From positions 1-57,684 of the forward strand of contig JBBKVT010000187.1 in the NCBI GenBank assembly GCA_037968535.1: a DNA stretch of 57,684 nt, in the 5' to 3' direction. Under the pieces are notes generated by a model. That model was not told where the DNA came from and ran no database searches. It worked only from the letters and a program-made list of their open reading frames with translations. This DNA comes from Paracoccaceae bacterium. GTDB taxonomy: Bacteria; Pseudomonadota; Alphaproteobacteria; Rhodobacterales; Rhodobacteraceae. The first letter of the stretch is position 1; every line of letters starts with the position of its first letter. Positions 20,804 through 31,001 of the stretch are shown piece after piece. Both the position numbers and the translations under genes were made by a program.

Positions 20804-21292
20804 TCACAGCAGTTTCTGCATCAGGTGCAGATCCATCCAACGCCCGAACTTGAACCCGACCTGGGGCAATACCGCGACGGTCACATAACCAAGTGCCAGG
20901 TGAAAGCCGACGCCTGCCTGATTTTCGCCGCTGACGCCCGCGAAAAGCGAATGGACGCCACGGCGGCGCGCGTGGTCTTCGATCGCGGCCAGCAAGGCGC
21001 GCCCGATGCCGCGCCCTTTCGCGTCCGGCGCAAGTATGACGGTATGTTCCATCGTCCGGGCATAGCCGATCCCGCCGCGAAACTGGTCGTATGTTGCAAA
21101 GCCCGTTATGCTGCCAGCCTCCTCGGCCACAAGAAACGCCCGGTCCGCCTCGTGCCGCGCCTTGATCATCGCGCGAATGTCGGCGGCGGTTTTTTCCACG
21201 GCGTTAAACGTGACTGCCGTGTCCCTGATTTGCGGATTCCAGACGGTCGCAATCCGGTCCGCGTCCTGCGCTGTCGCGGGGCGGATTATCAA
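20804..21292 (-). CDS. GNAT N-acetyltransferase (phosphinothricin-acetyltransferase-like)
   Basis: 162 aa, (TTG)IIRPATAQDADRIATVWN...RGRGIGRALL.... The TTG start overlaps the stop of the upstream VOC gene by 4 nt. Confidence 0.85.
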   Translation of the reverse strand: MIIRPATAQDADRIATVWNPQIRDTAVTFNAVEKTAADIRAMIKARHEADRAFLVAEEAGSITGFATYDQFRGGIGYARTMEHTVILAPDAKGRGIGRALLAAIEDHARRRGVHSLFAGVSGENQAGVGFHLALGYVTVAVLPQVGFKFGRWMDLHLMQKLL

Positions 21293-21912
21293 CGCAGCAC
21301 CTTGCGTCCAGAAGGCGTTTGCACGGTCGCGAACAATGCTTTTCGCTGCGCGGGTTGGATTTCAATGTTGGACAAATCAATCATGGATCCCATATAAATG
21401 CGTAAGTTTTCCGCCTCCGGATGTTCAATTTGCAACTTTTCGAGGCGACAACACCGATCTGGCAGCAACGCCGAGGGATGCGCCTTTCCCTCCCATGCGA
21501 TCAGCGCGGGAAATGCACCGTCAAAAGGCAGACAACCGTCATCTGGAACGACCATCTGCCACCTCAGGTCACCCCGCGCGGCGGGGATCACCCGGCCGAT
21601 TCCGGGCGGCGCTGCCGATAGCGCGCCCGCCAGGTCTGTTGTCCGGCAAACCCAGTTGGTCAGACGCGGCGGGCCGGAAAACCGGTCCATGTCGAACCAG
21701 CGCACCCGACCGGGCGGCGGCGCATCGGGATTGACAGCGATGACCTCGAGGTAAAGACCCGGCCTAAGCGACAGCAGACGGTTGTGGGTGCCCATGAACC
21801 CATGTTCACCGCCAGGCGCCAGCGACACCTCCAGCAGGTCTTCGACATAGGCAACGCCCTCTGACAGCGTTTCGGCGCAGACCGCCAGGTGGTCGGGTTC
21901 CAGTAGGGGCAT
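21289..21912 (-). CDS. VOC (glyoxalase-like) domain protein
   Basis: ATG 21912: MPLLEPDHLAVCAETLSEGVAYVEDLL...GTHNRLLSL...YLEVIAVNP.... This is a Glyoxalase_3-like pattern. Confidence 0.75.
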   Translation of the reverse strand: MPLLEPDHLAVCAETLSEGVAYVEDLLEVSLAPGGEHGFMGTHNRLLSLRPGLYLEVIAVNPDAPPPGRVRWFDMDRFSGPPRLTNWVCRTTDLAGALSAAPPGIGRVIPAARGDLRWQMVVPDDGCLPFDGAFPALIAWEGKAHPSALLPDRCCRLEKLQIEHPEAENLRIYMGSMIDLSNIEIQPAQRKALFATVQTPSGRKVLR

Positions 21913-22033
21913 GACGTGACTTTCCTCGAGATCGGTTGACCCAGTTTTCGTCGGAAATCGACCCGGATCAAATTGAAATCGCTGCGACACGCACCAATTC
22001 ATCTGGAACGCAAACAAAACAGTCGGGAACAAG

Positions 22034-23224
22034 ATGATCCACCGGGCATTTCAACGCTTCTTCGTCGGCGATGCGGCCGCAGGCATCCTTCTGATGGCCG
22101 CAGCGGCAGCGGCGCTTCTGATCGCCAATTCCGCCTTTCACCCGTTTTACCAATCCGCCCTCGACTTATATCTTGAGGTGACGATAAACGACGAGGGCCT
22201 CGAAAAGCCCCTGATCCTTTGGATAAACGACGGCCTGATGGCGATATTCTTCTTCCTGATCGGGCTTGAATTGAAACGCGAGGTGCTGGAGGGAAAATTG
22301 CGGAACCCCCGCGATGTCGTCCTTCCCGGTCTGGCCGCAGTCGGCGGCATGGCCGTTCCGGCACTGATCTTCGTGCTGATCAACCGCAACGATCTTGGAA
22401 ATCTGGCGGGTTGGGCGATCCCGGCGGCAACCGATATCGCCTTTGCGTTGGGGATACTTGCGCTGGTCGGCACGCGCGCACCCGCGTCACTCAAGGTTTT
22501 CCTGCTGACGCTGGCCATCCTTGACGATCTCGGGGCAATCGTGATCATAGCTCTGTTCTACACGGCCGATCTGAAGACCAGTTACCTGATAATGGCGCTG
22601 TTGCCGCTTGCGGGCCTCGTGCTTTTGAACCTGAGCGGCGCGCACCGGGTCGCACCCGCGATCATCCTTGGCACGATCATGTGGTTTCTGGTCCTTCAAT
22701 CCGGCGTTCATGCCACTCTTGCGGGCGTCATCACCGCCTTTTGCATTCCGCTGGTCGACAAATGGGGCAAGTCGCCGCTTCATTCCCTCGAACACGCGCT
22801 GACGCCTTATGTGCTTTATCTGATCGTGCCGATCTTTGCATTCGCCAATGCCGGCGTCATGCTGACCGGACTCACCGTATCGGACCTGATCGCGCCGCTG
22901 CCGCTAGGGATTGCGCTGGGACTGGTCATTGGCAAGCAGATCGGTGTCTTCGGCGTTGCCCTGTTGTTGGTCAAGATGGGCTGGGCGCGTCTTCCGCACG
23001 GTGCGAACTGGGCGCATGTCTATGGTGTTTCCTGTCTGGCTGGGATCGGCTTTACCATGTCGCTGTTCATAGGCGGGCTTAGTTTCGAGAATCCTGAACA
23101 GATGAACGAGGTTCGGCTGGGCGTTCTTGCGGGGTCATTGATATCCGCGATACTCGGCTACACCGTCCTGATGCTCTCGGGCGAACGAAAAGAGGTTTCA
23201 CGCAACCCGCTGCCGGCGCAATAA
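22034..23224 (+). CDS. nhaA: Na+/H+ antiporter NhaA
   Basis: 396 aa, ...WINDGLMAIFFFLIGLELKRE...ATDIAFALG...ILDDLGAI.... Confidence 0.95.
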   Translation: MIHRAFQRFFVGDAAAGILLMAAAAAALLIANSAFHPFYQSALDLYLEVTINDEGLEKPLILWINDGLMAIFFFLIGLELKREVLEGKLRNPRDVVLPGLAAVGGMAVPALIFVLINRNDLGNLAGWAIPAATDIAFALGILALVGTRAPASLKVFLLTLAILDDLGAIVIIALFYTADLKTSYLIMALLPLAGLVLLNLSGAHRVAPAIILGTIMWFLVLQSGVHATLAGVITAFCIPLVDKWGKSPLHSLEHALTPYVLYLIVPIFAFANAGVMLTGLTVSDLIAPLPLGIALGLVIGKQIGVFGVALLLVKMGWARLPHGANWAHVYGVSCLAGIGFTMSLFIGGLSFENPEQMNEVRLGVLAGSLISAILGYTVLMLSGERKEVSRNPLPAQ

Positions 23225-23239
23225 CCCGCCGTTTGGCGC

Positions 23240-25372
23240 TCAGGAGCTGTGTGCCTGCCGGACCAGTTTCAGGATATCCTTCGCCGCGTCGGGAATGTTG
23301 GTGCCAGGGCCGAAGATCGCCTTGACGCCAGCCTTGTACAGGAAATCGTAGTCCTGCTGCGGGATGACGCCGCCGCAGATGACGATAATGTCGTCGGCGC
23401 CCTGCGCCTTCAGCGCCTCGACCAGTTTTGGCGCCAGCGTCTTGTGACCAGCCGCCTGCGACGAAATCCCGACGATATGCACATCGTTGTCGATCGCGTC
23501 CTGGGCCGCCTCTTCCGGCGTCTGAAAAAGCGGTCCGACATCGACGTCGAAACCGATATCCGCAAAGGCAGTCGCAATCACCTTGGCACCGCGATCGTGT
23601 CCGTCCTGACCCATCTTGACGACCAGCATCCGGGGGCGGCGCCCCTCTTCCTCGGCGAATTTCTCGACGTCGCGCTGAATTGCGGCAAAGCCTTCATCGC
23701 CTTCGTAGGCCGCGCCGTAGACCCCCGCGAGCGTCTTGACCTCTGCCCGGTGCCGCCCGAATATTTTCTCCATCACCATCGAAATCTCTCCTACCGTGGC
23801 CCGCGCCCGCGCGGCTTCTACAGCCAGTTCCAGCAAGTTGCCCTTGCCTGACTTCGCCGCCCCCTCCAGCGCGTTCAATGCAGCATCGCAGTCAGACTGA
23901 TTGCGACTGGCGCGGATCTTTTCGAGCCGCGCCACCTGCGAGACCCGGACGGCGGAGTTGTCAATATCGCGCACCTCGATCGGGTCTTGCATGTCCAACC
24001 GGAACTTGTTGAGTCCGACGATCACCTCTTCCCGGCGGTCCACCGCCGCCTGACGTCGCGCCGCCGCTTCCTCGATCCGAAGCTTCGGCATCCCCGAGGC
24101 GACGGCCTTGGTCATCCCGCCCATCGCATCGACTTCCTCGATCAGGGTCCAAGCGGCCTCTGCCAGATCAGCGGTCAGCTTCTCGACGTAATAGGAACCC
24201 GCCAGCGGATCGACCACCTTCGTCACGCCGGTTTCATGCTGCAAGATCAACTGCGTGTTACGTGCAATGCGGGACGAAAACTCTGTAGGCAAAGCAATGG
24301 CTTCATCGAAAGAGTTCGTGTGAAGCGACTGGGTACCGCCCAACACCGCGCTCATCGCCTCGTAGGCGGTGCGGACGATGTTGTTGTAGGGATCCTGTTC
24401 TTGAAGTGACACGCCAGAAGTCTGGCAATGGGTCCGCAACATCAGGCTACCGGTCTTCTTGGGGTGGAAATCGGTCATGATCCGGTGCCATAGAAAACGG
24501 GCGGCGCGCAGCTTGGCGGCTTCCATGAAGAAGTTCATGCCGATCGCGAAAAAGAACGACAATCGCCCCGCGAAAGCATCGACATTCATACCGCGTTCCA
24601 CTGCTGCCCTGACGTATTCCTTGCCATCGGCCAGCGTGAACGCCAGTTCCTGCACAAGCGTCGCACCCGCCTCTTGCATATGATAGCCGGAGATTGAGAT
24701 CGAATTGAACTTCGGCATATTTTCCGACGTATATTCAATGATATCCGATACGATCCTCATGCTTGGCTCTGGCGGATAAATGTAGGTGTTTCGCACCATG
24801 AACTCTTTCAGAATGTCGTTCTGAATCGTTCCGGACAAAGCCGCGCGGTCGACGCCCTGTTCCTCGCCTGCCACGATGAAGCTGGCCAGTACCGGAATGA
24901 CCGCGCCGTTCATCGTCATCGACACCGACACCTCGCCCAAGGGTATCCCGTCGAACAGGATATTCATGTCCTCGACCGAATCAATTGCGACCCCGGCCTT
25001 GCCGACATCGCCGACGACTCGCTCGTGATCGCTGTCATAGCCACGGTGCGTCGCCAGATCGAAGGCCACGGATACGCCCTGCTGCCCCGCCGCCAACGCC
25101 TGCCGGTAGAATGCGTTCGACTCCTCGGCGGTGGAGAATCCGGCATATTGCCGGATCGTCCAGGGTCGCCCGGTATACATCGTGGCGCGCGGACCGCGCG
25201 TGAACGGCGCCGCGCCGGGAATTCCGCCGGTATGGTCGAGTCCTTCCACATCCGCGGCGGTGTAGACAGGCTGAACCGCGATGCCCTCGGGCGTGTGCCA
25301 GACCAGGTCGTCCGGGGATCGGCCCCGCAGCTCTTTCTCGGCCAAGGTCTTCCAGTCGTTCTTGTCGGTCAT
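23240..25372 (-). CDS. scpA: Methylmalonyl-CoA mutase (single-chain, B12-dependent)
   Basis: ATG 25372: [15 protein letters not shown]...[12 protein letters not shown]...C-terminal B12 domain [11 protein letters not shown]. Confidence 0.95.
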   Translation of the reverse strand: MTDKNDWKTLAEKELRGRSPDDLVWHTPEGIAVQPVYTAADVEGLDHTGGIPGAAPFTRGPRATMYTGRPWTIRQYAGFSTAEESNAFYRQALAAGQQGVSVAFDLATHRGYDSDHERVVGDVGKAGVAIDSVEDMNILFDGIPLGEVSVSMTMNGAVIPVLASFIVAGEEQGVDRAALSGTIQNDILKEFMVRNTYIYPPEPSMRIVSDIIEYTSENMPKFNSISISGYHMQEAGATLVQELAFTLADGKEYVRAAVERGMNVDAFAGRLSFFFAIGMNFFMEAAKLRAARFLWHRIMTDFHPKKTGSLMLRTHCQTSGVSLQEQDPYNNIVRTAYEAMSAVLGGTQSLHTNSFDEAIALPTEFSSRIARNTQLILQHETGVTKVVDPLAGSYYVEKLTADLAEAAWTLIEEVDAMGGMTKAVASGMPKLRIEEAAARRQAAVDRREEVIVGLNKFRLDMQDPIEVRDIDNSAVRVSQVARLEKIRASRNQSDCDAALNALEGAAKSGKGNLLELAVEAARARATVGEISMVMEKIFGRHRAEVKTLAGVYGAAYEGDEGFAAIQRDVEKFAEEEGRRPRMLVVKMGQDGHDRGAKVIATAFADIGFDVDVGPLFQTPEEAAQDAIDNDVHIVGISSQAAGHKTLAPKLVEALKAQGADDIIVICGGVIPQQDYDFLYKAGVKAIFGPGTNIPDAAKDILKLVRQAHSS

Positions 25373-25498
25373 GTCTGTCGCGTCCTTCGGTTCGGCCCTA
25401 CGTACGTGTTGATTTCCAGCCTCGAGCGGCATTGGGACTTGCCCAAGCCCTTCGCATTTTGCACCCTCCACCCTATATCAGGATCGAAGGGGACGAGA

Positions 25499-25954
25499 AT
25501 GAAGCGATTTCTGGTACTTGGAATGATTGCGCTGATCGGAATCCCGGCAGGCGCCCAGGATGCAGAGGCGGTGGCAACCCCTGCCCCGATGCTGGATATC
25601 CGGGCTGCGGCGGATGTGTCACTAGACGACTTTCTGTGGCAGAACCGGCTTCTTGTTGTCTTTGCCGAAACCGATCGCGATCCGGCGTTCCAGCGCCAGA
25701 TGGAGCTTTTGACCGAACGGCCCGACGTCCTGCTGGAACGTTCGGTGGTGGTCATCATCGATACCGATCCCTCGGCCCTGTCCGACATCCGAAAGCAACT
25801 GCGTCCCCGTGGATTTTCCTTGGTGTTCATAGACATGGACGGGGTAGTTAAACTGCGAAAACCAGCGCCGTGGGCGGTGCGGGAAATCTCGCGCTCGATC
25901 GACAAAACCGAGATTCGGAAGAAGGAACTGCGGGATAAAAGAGAGGCTGGCTGA
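25499..25954 (+). CDS. DUF4174-like secreted protein
   Basis: ATG 25499: signal peptide MKRFLVLGMIALIGIPAGAQD, then ...FLWQNRLLVVFAE...ERSVVVI.... The N-terminal part of the listed ORF 25025- is antisense to the mutase gene. Confidence 0.75.
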   Translation: MKRFLVLGMIALIGIPAGAQDAEAVATPAPMLDIRAAADVSLDDFLWQNRLLVVFAETDRDPAFQRQMELLTERPDVLLERSVVVIIDTDPSALSDIRKQLRPRGFSLVFIDMDGVVKLRKPAPWAVREISRSIDKTEIRKKELRDKREAG

Positions 25955-25958
25955 GCGT

Positions 25959-27959
25959 TCATTCGAACTCCATGATCACATCGTCGACCGCCAGACTGTC
26001 CCCGGCTGACGCGTTGATCTTGCTGACCACCGCCTTGCGCTCGGCGCGCAGGTTGTTTTCCATCTTCATCGCCTCGACGGTGCACAGGGTCTGGCCCTCG
26101 TGCACTTCCTGCCCGACCTCGACATCGACCTTCACGATCAGTCCCGGCATCGGGCAGAGCAGCAGCTTCGAGGTGTCGGGCGCCTGCTTTTCCAGCATCA
26201 GCGCCGCAAGTTCGGCTTGGCGCGGGGTGCGGACAAAAACCTTCAGATCGGCGCCACGCAGCCGCAGCCGGAAGCCGTTCGGCACCTTGCCGACTTTCAT
26301 CACCAGGGGCGCGTCGCCAATGTCGAGGACCGCAAGACTGTCGCCCGGCACCCAGCTACTTTCGACCCGCAGCTTCTTGCCGTCGTCAAACGACACCGTC
26401 GCACCCAGTTTGTCGGCTACGATTGACACCGGATAGCTGCGATCCTGCACCTCGACGACCCAGTCCGAGCCGACTTTGCGTTCGTGGTTGTCCATCCGGC
26501 CCGAGACGCGAGTGCGGCGGATCTCTGTCACCCGGTACATTGCCGCGGCGGCTGCCGCGATGCGCCGTAGCTGATCCTCGGGCAACGTCACACCTGCAAA
26601 ACCGTCCGGGTATTCTTCGGCAATGAACGCCGTGGTGATATTGCCCGAGACAAAGCGCGGATGATCCATCACGGCTGACAGGAACGGCAGGTTGTGCCCG
26701 ATGCCCTCGACCTCGAAGCTGTCCAGCGCGACGCGCATGTTTTCGATCGCGGCAGCGCGGTCTGGCCCCCAGGTGCAGAGCTTGGCGATCATCGGGTCGT
26801 AATACCTGCTGATCTCGCCGCCCTCATAGACACCCGTGTCGTTGCGCACGACGCGGCTGTCATGGGTGGATTCCTCTGGCGGGCGATATCGGGTCAGACG
26901 TCCGATCGACGGCAGGAAACCGCGATACGGGTCTTCCGCGTAAAGCCGGGATTCCATCGCCCAGCCGTTCAGCTTCACATCCTTCTGCGCCATCGCCAGC
27001 TTTTCGCCATTGGCGACGCGGATCATCTGTTCGACCAGATCGACGCCAGTGATCAACTCGGTCACCGGATGTTCGACCTGCAACCGGGTGTTCATTTCCA
27101 GGAAATAGAAGTTCCGCTCGCCATCGACGATGAATTCCACCGTGCCCGCACTGGTGTATCCAACCGCCTGCGCCAGCGCGACGGCCTGTTCGCCCATTGC
27201 CTTGCGGGTGGCTTCATCCAGAAACGGGCTGGGGGCCTCTTCGATGACTTTCTGGTTGCGGCGCTGGATCGAGCATTCACGCTCTCCCAGATAGATCGCG
27301 TTGCCATGCTGGTCGGCCAGAACCTGAATTTCGATGTGGCGCGGCTGGGTGACGAATTTCTCGATGAAAATGCGATCATCGCCGAAAGAGCTCGCCGCTT
27401 CATTCTTCGAGCTTTGGAACCCCTCGCGCGCCTCGGCATCGTTCCACGCAATCCGCATGCCCTTGCCACCGCCGCCGGCACTGGCCTTGATCATCACCGG
27501 ATAGCCGATCTGGTTGCTGATCTTCACCGCATCGTCCGCGTCCGCGATAAGCCCCATATGGCCCGGCACGGTGGACACATCCGCCTCCATCGCCAGCTTC
27601 TTGGACGTGATCTTGTCACCCATCGCCTCGATCGCCTTCACTGGCGGTCCGATAAAGGCCACGCTTTCGGCTTCCAGCGCTTCGGCGAACTTCGCGTTCT
27701 CGGACAGGAAACCGTAACCCGGATGCACCGCCTCGGCCCCGGTCTGACGGATCGCGTCCATCACCTTGTCGATGACGATATAGGACTGGTTCGCAGGCGA
27801 CGGGCCGATGTGCACCGCCTCATCCGCCATCTTCACATGCAGCGCGTTGCGGTCGGCATCGGAATAGATCGCGACCGTCGCGATGCCCATCTTGCGCGCG
27901 GTCTTGATGACACGGCAGGCAATTTCGCCACGGTTGGCTATCAGGATCTTCTTGAACAT
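25959..27959 (-). CDS. pccA: Propionyl-CoA carboxylase alpha subunit (biotin carboxylase plus BCCP)
   Basis: 666 aa, MFKKILIANRGEIACRVI..., ATP-grasp, C-terminal biotinyl motif VEAMKMEN. Confidence 0.93.
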   Translation of the reverse strand: MFKKILIANRGEIACRVIKTARKMGIATVAIYSDADRNALHVKMADEAVHIGPSPANQSYIVIDKVMDAIRQTGAEAVHPGYGFLSENAKFAEALEAESVAFIGPPVKAIEAMGDKITSKKLAMEADVSTVPGHMGLIADADDAVKISNQIGYPVMIKASAGGGGKGMRIAWNDAEAREGFQSSKNEAASSFGDDRIFIEKFVTQPRHIEIQVLADQHGNAIYLGERECSIQRRNQKVIEEAPSPFLDEATRKAMGEQAVALAQAVGYTSAGTVEFIVDGERNFYFLEMNTRLQVEHPVTELITGVDLVEQMIRVANGEKLAMAQKDVKLNGWAMESRLYAEDPYRGFLPSIGRLTRYRPPEESTHDSRVVRNDTGVYEGGEISRYYDPMIAKLCTWGPDRAAAIENMRVALDSFEVEGIGHNLPFLSAVMDHPRFVSGNITTAFIAEEYPDGFAGVTLPEDQLRRIAAAAAAMYRVTEIRRTRVSGRMDNHERKVGSDWVVEVQDRSYPVSIVADKLGATVSFDDGKKLRVESSWVPGDSLAVLDIGDAPLVMKVGKVPNGFRLRLRGADLKVFVRTPRQAELAALMLEKQAPDTSKLLLCPMPGLIVKVDVEVGQEVHEGQTLCTVEAMKMENNLRAERKAVVSKINASAGDSLAVDDVIMEFE

Positions 27960-28007
27960 TCGTCCGTCCCTTCAGGTCGTCGCTGCGGCGCGCTGCACCG
28001 CGAATGG

Positions 28008-28047
28008 CAAAACGAAAAAGACCACCGCGGCGATTGCCCCGATGGTC
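28008..28047 (-). terminator. Rho-independent terminator between the small lipoprotein gene and pccA
   Basis: Minus strand: GACCAUCGGGG-CAAUCG-CCGCGGUGGUC (10 of 11 positions paired, including one G-U wobble; the eleventh is a G-G mismatch), followed by UUUUUCGUUUUG. Confidence 0.7.
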
Positions 28048-28092
28048 CTTGATGTCAGATGATTTGGCGCGGTGAAACGCGCCGGATCAGCC

Positions 28093-28293
28093 TTAGTTGC
28101 AGATGCCGAGATCGTCGCAGAAGACGCCTGCCCCACCGCCGACGACCGCGCCCACAGCGGCATTGCCGCCCAGCGCGTCGGCGACGACGGCACCACCTGC
28201 CGCGCCGGCAAGCCCGCGCTCGGTGTCATTCTCAAGGCAAGCCGTAAGGCCCACCATCGCCACGATGGCGATAATCCAGGTTTTCTTGAACAT
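28093..28293 (-). CDS. Small glycine-zipper lipoprotein
   Basis: ATG 28293: MFKKTWIIAIVAMVGLTAC (lipobox LTAC), then Gly/Ala-rich GAAGGAVVADALGGNAAVGAVVGGGAG. 66 aa. Confidence 0.75.
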   Translation of the reverse strand: MFKKTWIIAIVAMVGLTACLENDTERGLAGAAGGAVVADALGGNAAVGAVVGGGAGVFCDDLGICN

Positions 28294-28432
28294 GTTAAAC
28301 TGCCTTCCCTCAAACGGAATTGTTTTGCGGCGCCACTTTCGCCTGTCGCGCTCGCGGGTGCAAAGGCTTTTTTCCTTGCAGCGCGGCAAACCGCCTGAGT
28401 CACGAAGAGTTGACGCGTCAAACGCAAGCGTT

Positions 28433-28473
28433 CCGCAAAAATTAGAGGCCTGACCCGGGAAAGGTCAGACCTC
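28433..28473 (-). terminator. Rho-independent terminator
   Basis: Minus strand: GAGGUCUGACC-UUUCCCG-GGUCAGGCCUC (11 bp including one U-G wobble), followed by UAAUUUUUG. Confidence 0.75.
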
Positions 28474-28600
28474 ATAGAAGGGGAAGGGTAACGGTTTTGA
28501 CATTGCGCAGCGGGCTTCTTGCTGGAGGGACCCGCTACAAGACCCACCATGGCCCGAGTCGCAGTCGTGGCAAACACGCACGTTAAAGGCGAATTGATTT
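28433..28600 (-). ncRNA. Candidate sRNA or processed 3'UTR (C/U-rich, anti-SD-like motifs), 5' end undefined
   Basis: About 180 nt of non-coding sequence lie between the stop of the 124-aa gene (28655) and the terminator. It contains a hairpin AGCGGG-UCCCUCCAGCAAGAAG-CCCGCU and an unpaired CCCUUCCCCUUC directly 5' of the terminator. A possible promoter is TTGCTT-N17/18-CAGAAT near 28600-28630. Confidence 0.3.
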
Positions 28601-28654
28601 CGGCAACATTCTGCCAAAGTTGACCGTGCGTAAGCAATAACATGCCGAAACGCC

Positions 28655-29029
28655 TCATTCGAAGACCTCTGGAAAAGCGGCGCGCGCCCTTGCGGTGTCG
28701 ATCCGAAGCATCGCCTCGTAGCTTTCGGGGTCGAACGGATCGTCTACCGCAACCACTTCTCGCCCGAAAAGCCAGGACAACCGCCCGGCATCCAGATTGC
28801 CGCGTACGAACGGCTCATCGCCGAAATGCTCCCACAACGCCGCAAGAAACCCGGCATCCGCCTTGCGGTCGGCGGCCTTGCGGTCGGCGTGGCGCGCGCG
28901 GGCGACGATCGGGGTCACACCGCGCGGATTGGCGCGCCGGACGATGAACTGATAATCCGTGCCCGGCAGTCGCCCCGGAAATCCCCTGTGTTTCACCATG
29001 TCCTCGCGCGGCATCAAAACGGCTCCCAT
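28655..29029 (-). CDS. Hypothetical protein (start uncertain: ATG 29029, 29014 or 28999)
   Basis: ...HRGFPGRLPGTDYQFIVRRANPRGVTP...DPFDPESYEAMLRID.... High GC3. ATG 29014 would share 1 nt with the upstream TGA. It contains a 15-bp tandem duplication (ADRKA x2, 28860-28889). Confidence 0.6.
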   Translation of the reverse strand: MGAVLMPREDMVKHRGFPGRLPGTDYQFIVRRANPRGVTPIVARARHADRKAADRKADAGFLAALWEHFGDEPFVRGNLDAGRLSWLFGREVVAVDDPFDPESYEAMLRIDTARARAAFPEVFE

Positions 29030-29361
29030 GTGCAGGCATCATCCTCGATGCTGTAGGCCTCGAAGAATTGCGTCACTTGCGGGTCCGGTTCGCCAAAGAC
29101 TGTCGGTCGATCGGCGATCGAGATCACGATCTGGTTCGGCACCGGGCCACCTTCGGCGATCCGCGGCAGCGCGTAGGCATTGCACAGATGTTCCAGATCA
29201 CGTCCGATCAGTTCAAAATCCGGTTGCCCCTTTTCGCGCGAAATCTCTGGCGCGACAAAGCGAAACCGATAGGTCAGCCCCTGCCCCGGCTGATCGGTCA
29301 GAACCTCGAGCAGGGTCACAGGCTGGCCTGAGGGTACGGCGATAAGCGGATCATTCGACAT
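29014..29361 (-). CDS. Conserved hypothetical protein (DUF6497-like, recalled as a pccB-linked gene in Rhodobacteraceae)
   Basis: 115 aa, MSNDPLIAVPSGQPVTLLEVLTDQPGQGLTYRFRFVAPEI...LEHLCNAYALP.... It lies 8 nt downstream of pccB. Confidence 0.65.
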   Translation of the reverse strand: MSNDPLIAVPSGQPVTLLEVLTDQPGQGLTYRFRFVAPEISREKGQPDFELIGRDLEHLCNAYALPRIAEGGPVPNQIVISIADRPTVFGEPDPQVTQFFEAYSIEDDACTWEPF

Positions 29362-29368
29362 CTGAACC

Positions 29369-30901
29369 CTAAAGCGGAATGTTGTCGTGCTTCTTCCAGG
29401 GGTTCGACATCTGCTTGCCGCGCAGACTGGCGAACGCCCTGCAAATCCGCTTGCGTGTGGAATGCGGCGAGATCACCTCGTCGATAAAGCCCTTTTCGGC
29501 GGCGATGAACGGGTTGGCAAAGCGCGCCTCATAGTCCTTCGTGCGCTGAGCAATCTTGTCCTTGTCGCCCAATTCGCTGCGATACAGGATCTCGGTCGCC
29601 CCCTTGGCGCCCATCACCGCGATCTCGGCGGTGGGCCAGGCATAATTGAAATCGCCGCGCAGATGCTTGGACGCCATGACGTCATAAGCCCCGCCATAAG
29701 CCTTGCGGGTGATCACCGTTACTTTCGGCACCGTCGCCTCGCCGTAAGCAAACAGCAGTTTCGCGCCGTGCTTGATGACACCGCCATATTCCTGCCCGGT
29801 GCCGGGAAGAAAGCCGGGGACATCGACCAGCGTCAGCACCGGGATCTCAAACGCATCGCAGAACCGCACGAACCGCGCGGCTTTTCGACTACTGTCGATG
29901 TCAAGGCAGCCCGCCAGCACCATCGGCTGGTTTGCGACCACACCAACGGTGGACCCTTCCAGCCTGATGAATCCGGTCAGGATGTTCTTGGCGAAGTTTT
30001 CCTGAATCTCGTAAAAATCGCCCTCGTCGGCGAGTTTCGCGATCAGTTCCTTCATGTCGTACGGAGAGTTCGGATTGTCCGGGATCAGCGTATCAAGGCT
30101 CATCTCCAGCCGGTCGGGGCTGTCGAAGAACGGGCGCACCGGGGATTTGTCGCGGTTGTTCAGCGGCAGAAAATCCACCAGACGCCGAACTTCGGTCAGC
30201 GCCTCGACGTCGTTCTCGAACGCCCCATCCGCGACCGAGGATTTGCGGGTATGGGTGGATGCACCGCCACGGTCCTCGGCGGTGACGTCCTCGTTTGTCA
30301 CGGTCTTGACCACGTCGGGACCGGTGACGAACATGTAGGACGTGTCTTTCACCATGAAGATAAAGTCGGTCATCGCTGGTGAATAGACGGCTCCGCCCGC
30401 GCAGGGCCCCATGATCAGGCTGATCTGCGGAACGACGCCGGACGCCATGATGTTGCGCTGGAACACCTCGGCATAGCCCGCGAGCGACGCGACGCCCTCC
30501 TGAATCCGCGCCCCGCCGGAATCATTGATCCCGATCACCGGCGCGCCATTCTGCACAGCCATGTCCATCACCTTGCAGATCTTCTGGGCATGGGTTTCCG
30601 ACAACGAGCCGCCAAAGACCGTGAAATCCTGACTGAACACATAGACCATCCGGCCATTGATCGTGCCCCAGCCGGTCACCACGCCGTCACCATAGGGCCG
30701 GTCCTGTTCCATCCCGAAATCGGTGCAGCGATGCGCGACGAACATGTCGAATTCCTCGAAGCTGCCCTCGTCGAGCAGCAGTTCGATCCGCTCGCGGGCC
30801 GTCAGCTTGCCCTTGCCGTGCTGCGCTTCGATCCGCTTCGCACCGCCACCCATACGGGCGCTGCTTCGACGCGATTCAAGTTCTTCTAGAATGTCTTTCA
30901 T
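29369..30901 (-). CDS. pccB: Propionyl-CoA carboxylase beta subunit (carboxyltransferase)
   Basis: 510 aa, [12 protein letters not shown]...[20 protein letters not shown]...GGARIQEGV... Confidence 0.95.
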   Translation of the reverse strand: MKDILEELESRRSSARMGGGAKRIEAQHGKGKLTARERIELLLDEGSFEEFDMFVAHRCTDFGMEQDRPYGDGVVTGWGTINGRMVYVFSQDFTVFGGSLSETHAQKICKVMDMAVQNGAPVIGINDSGGARIQEGVASLAGYAEVFQRNIMASGVVPQISLIMGPCAGGAVYSPAMTDFIFMVKDTSYMFVTGPDVVKTVTNEDVTAEDRGGASTHTRKSSVADGAFENDVEALTEVRRLVDFLPLNNRDKSPVRPFFDSPDRLEMSLDTLIPDNPNSPYDMKELIAKLADEGDFYEIQENFAKNILTGFIRLEGSTVGVVANQPMVLAGCLDIDSSRKAARFVRFCDAFEIPVLTLVDVPGFLPGTGQEYGGVIKHGAKLLFAYGEATVPKVTVITRKAYGGAYDVMASKHLRGDFNYAWPTAEIAVMGAKGATEILYRSELGDKDKIAQRTKDYEARFANPFIAAEKGFIDEVISPHSTRKRICRAFASLRGKQMSNPWKKHDNIPL

Positions 30902-31001
30902 GGAACGCTTCCCCGCATCGGACTCGAAAGCGACATTAGACGGTTCGGACGCGGGCAGAAAGCATTGACTGGGATATTTGCATAGTTTGATTGCTTATCT
31001 G

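Noticed and set aside
28425-28440. GGAAC on the minus strand upstream of the glycine-zipper lipoprotein gene, as a possible EcfG promoter.
   Set aside because: The best downstream match is CGTC after only 14 nt. There is no CGTT or TT at N16-19, so spacing and -10 both fail.
30971-30985. GGGATATTTGCATAG in the pccB/MFS spacer shares 11 nt with the repeat core/arm junction (GGGGATATTTGCGAA in copy A).
   Set aside because: Similarity stops after 11 nt and the left core (TGCCTCCGGC) is absent. It is more economically explained as another ATTTGCA half-site of the PccR-type motif.
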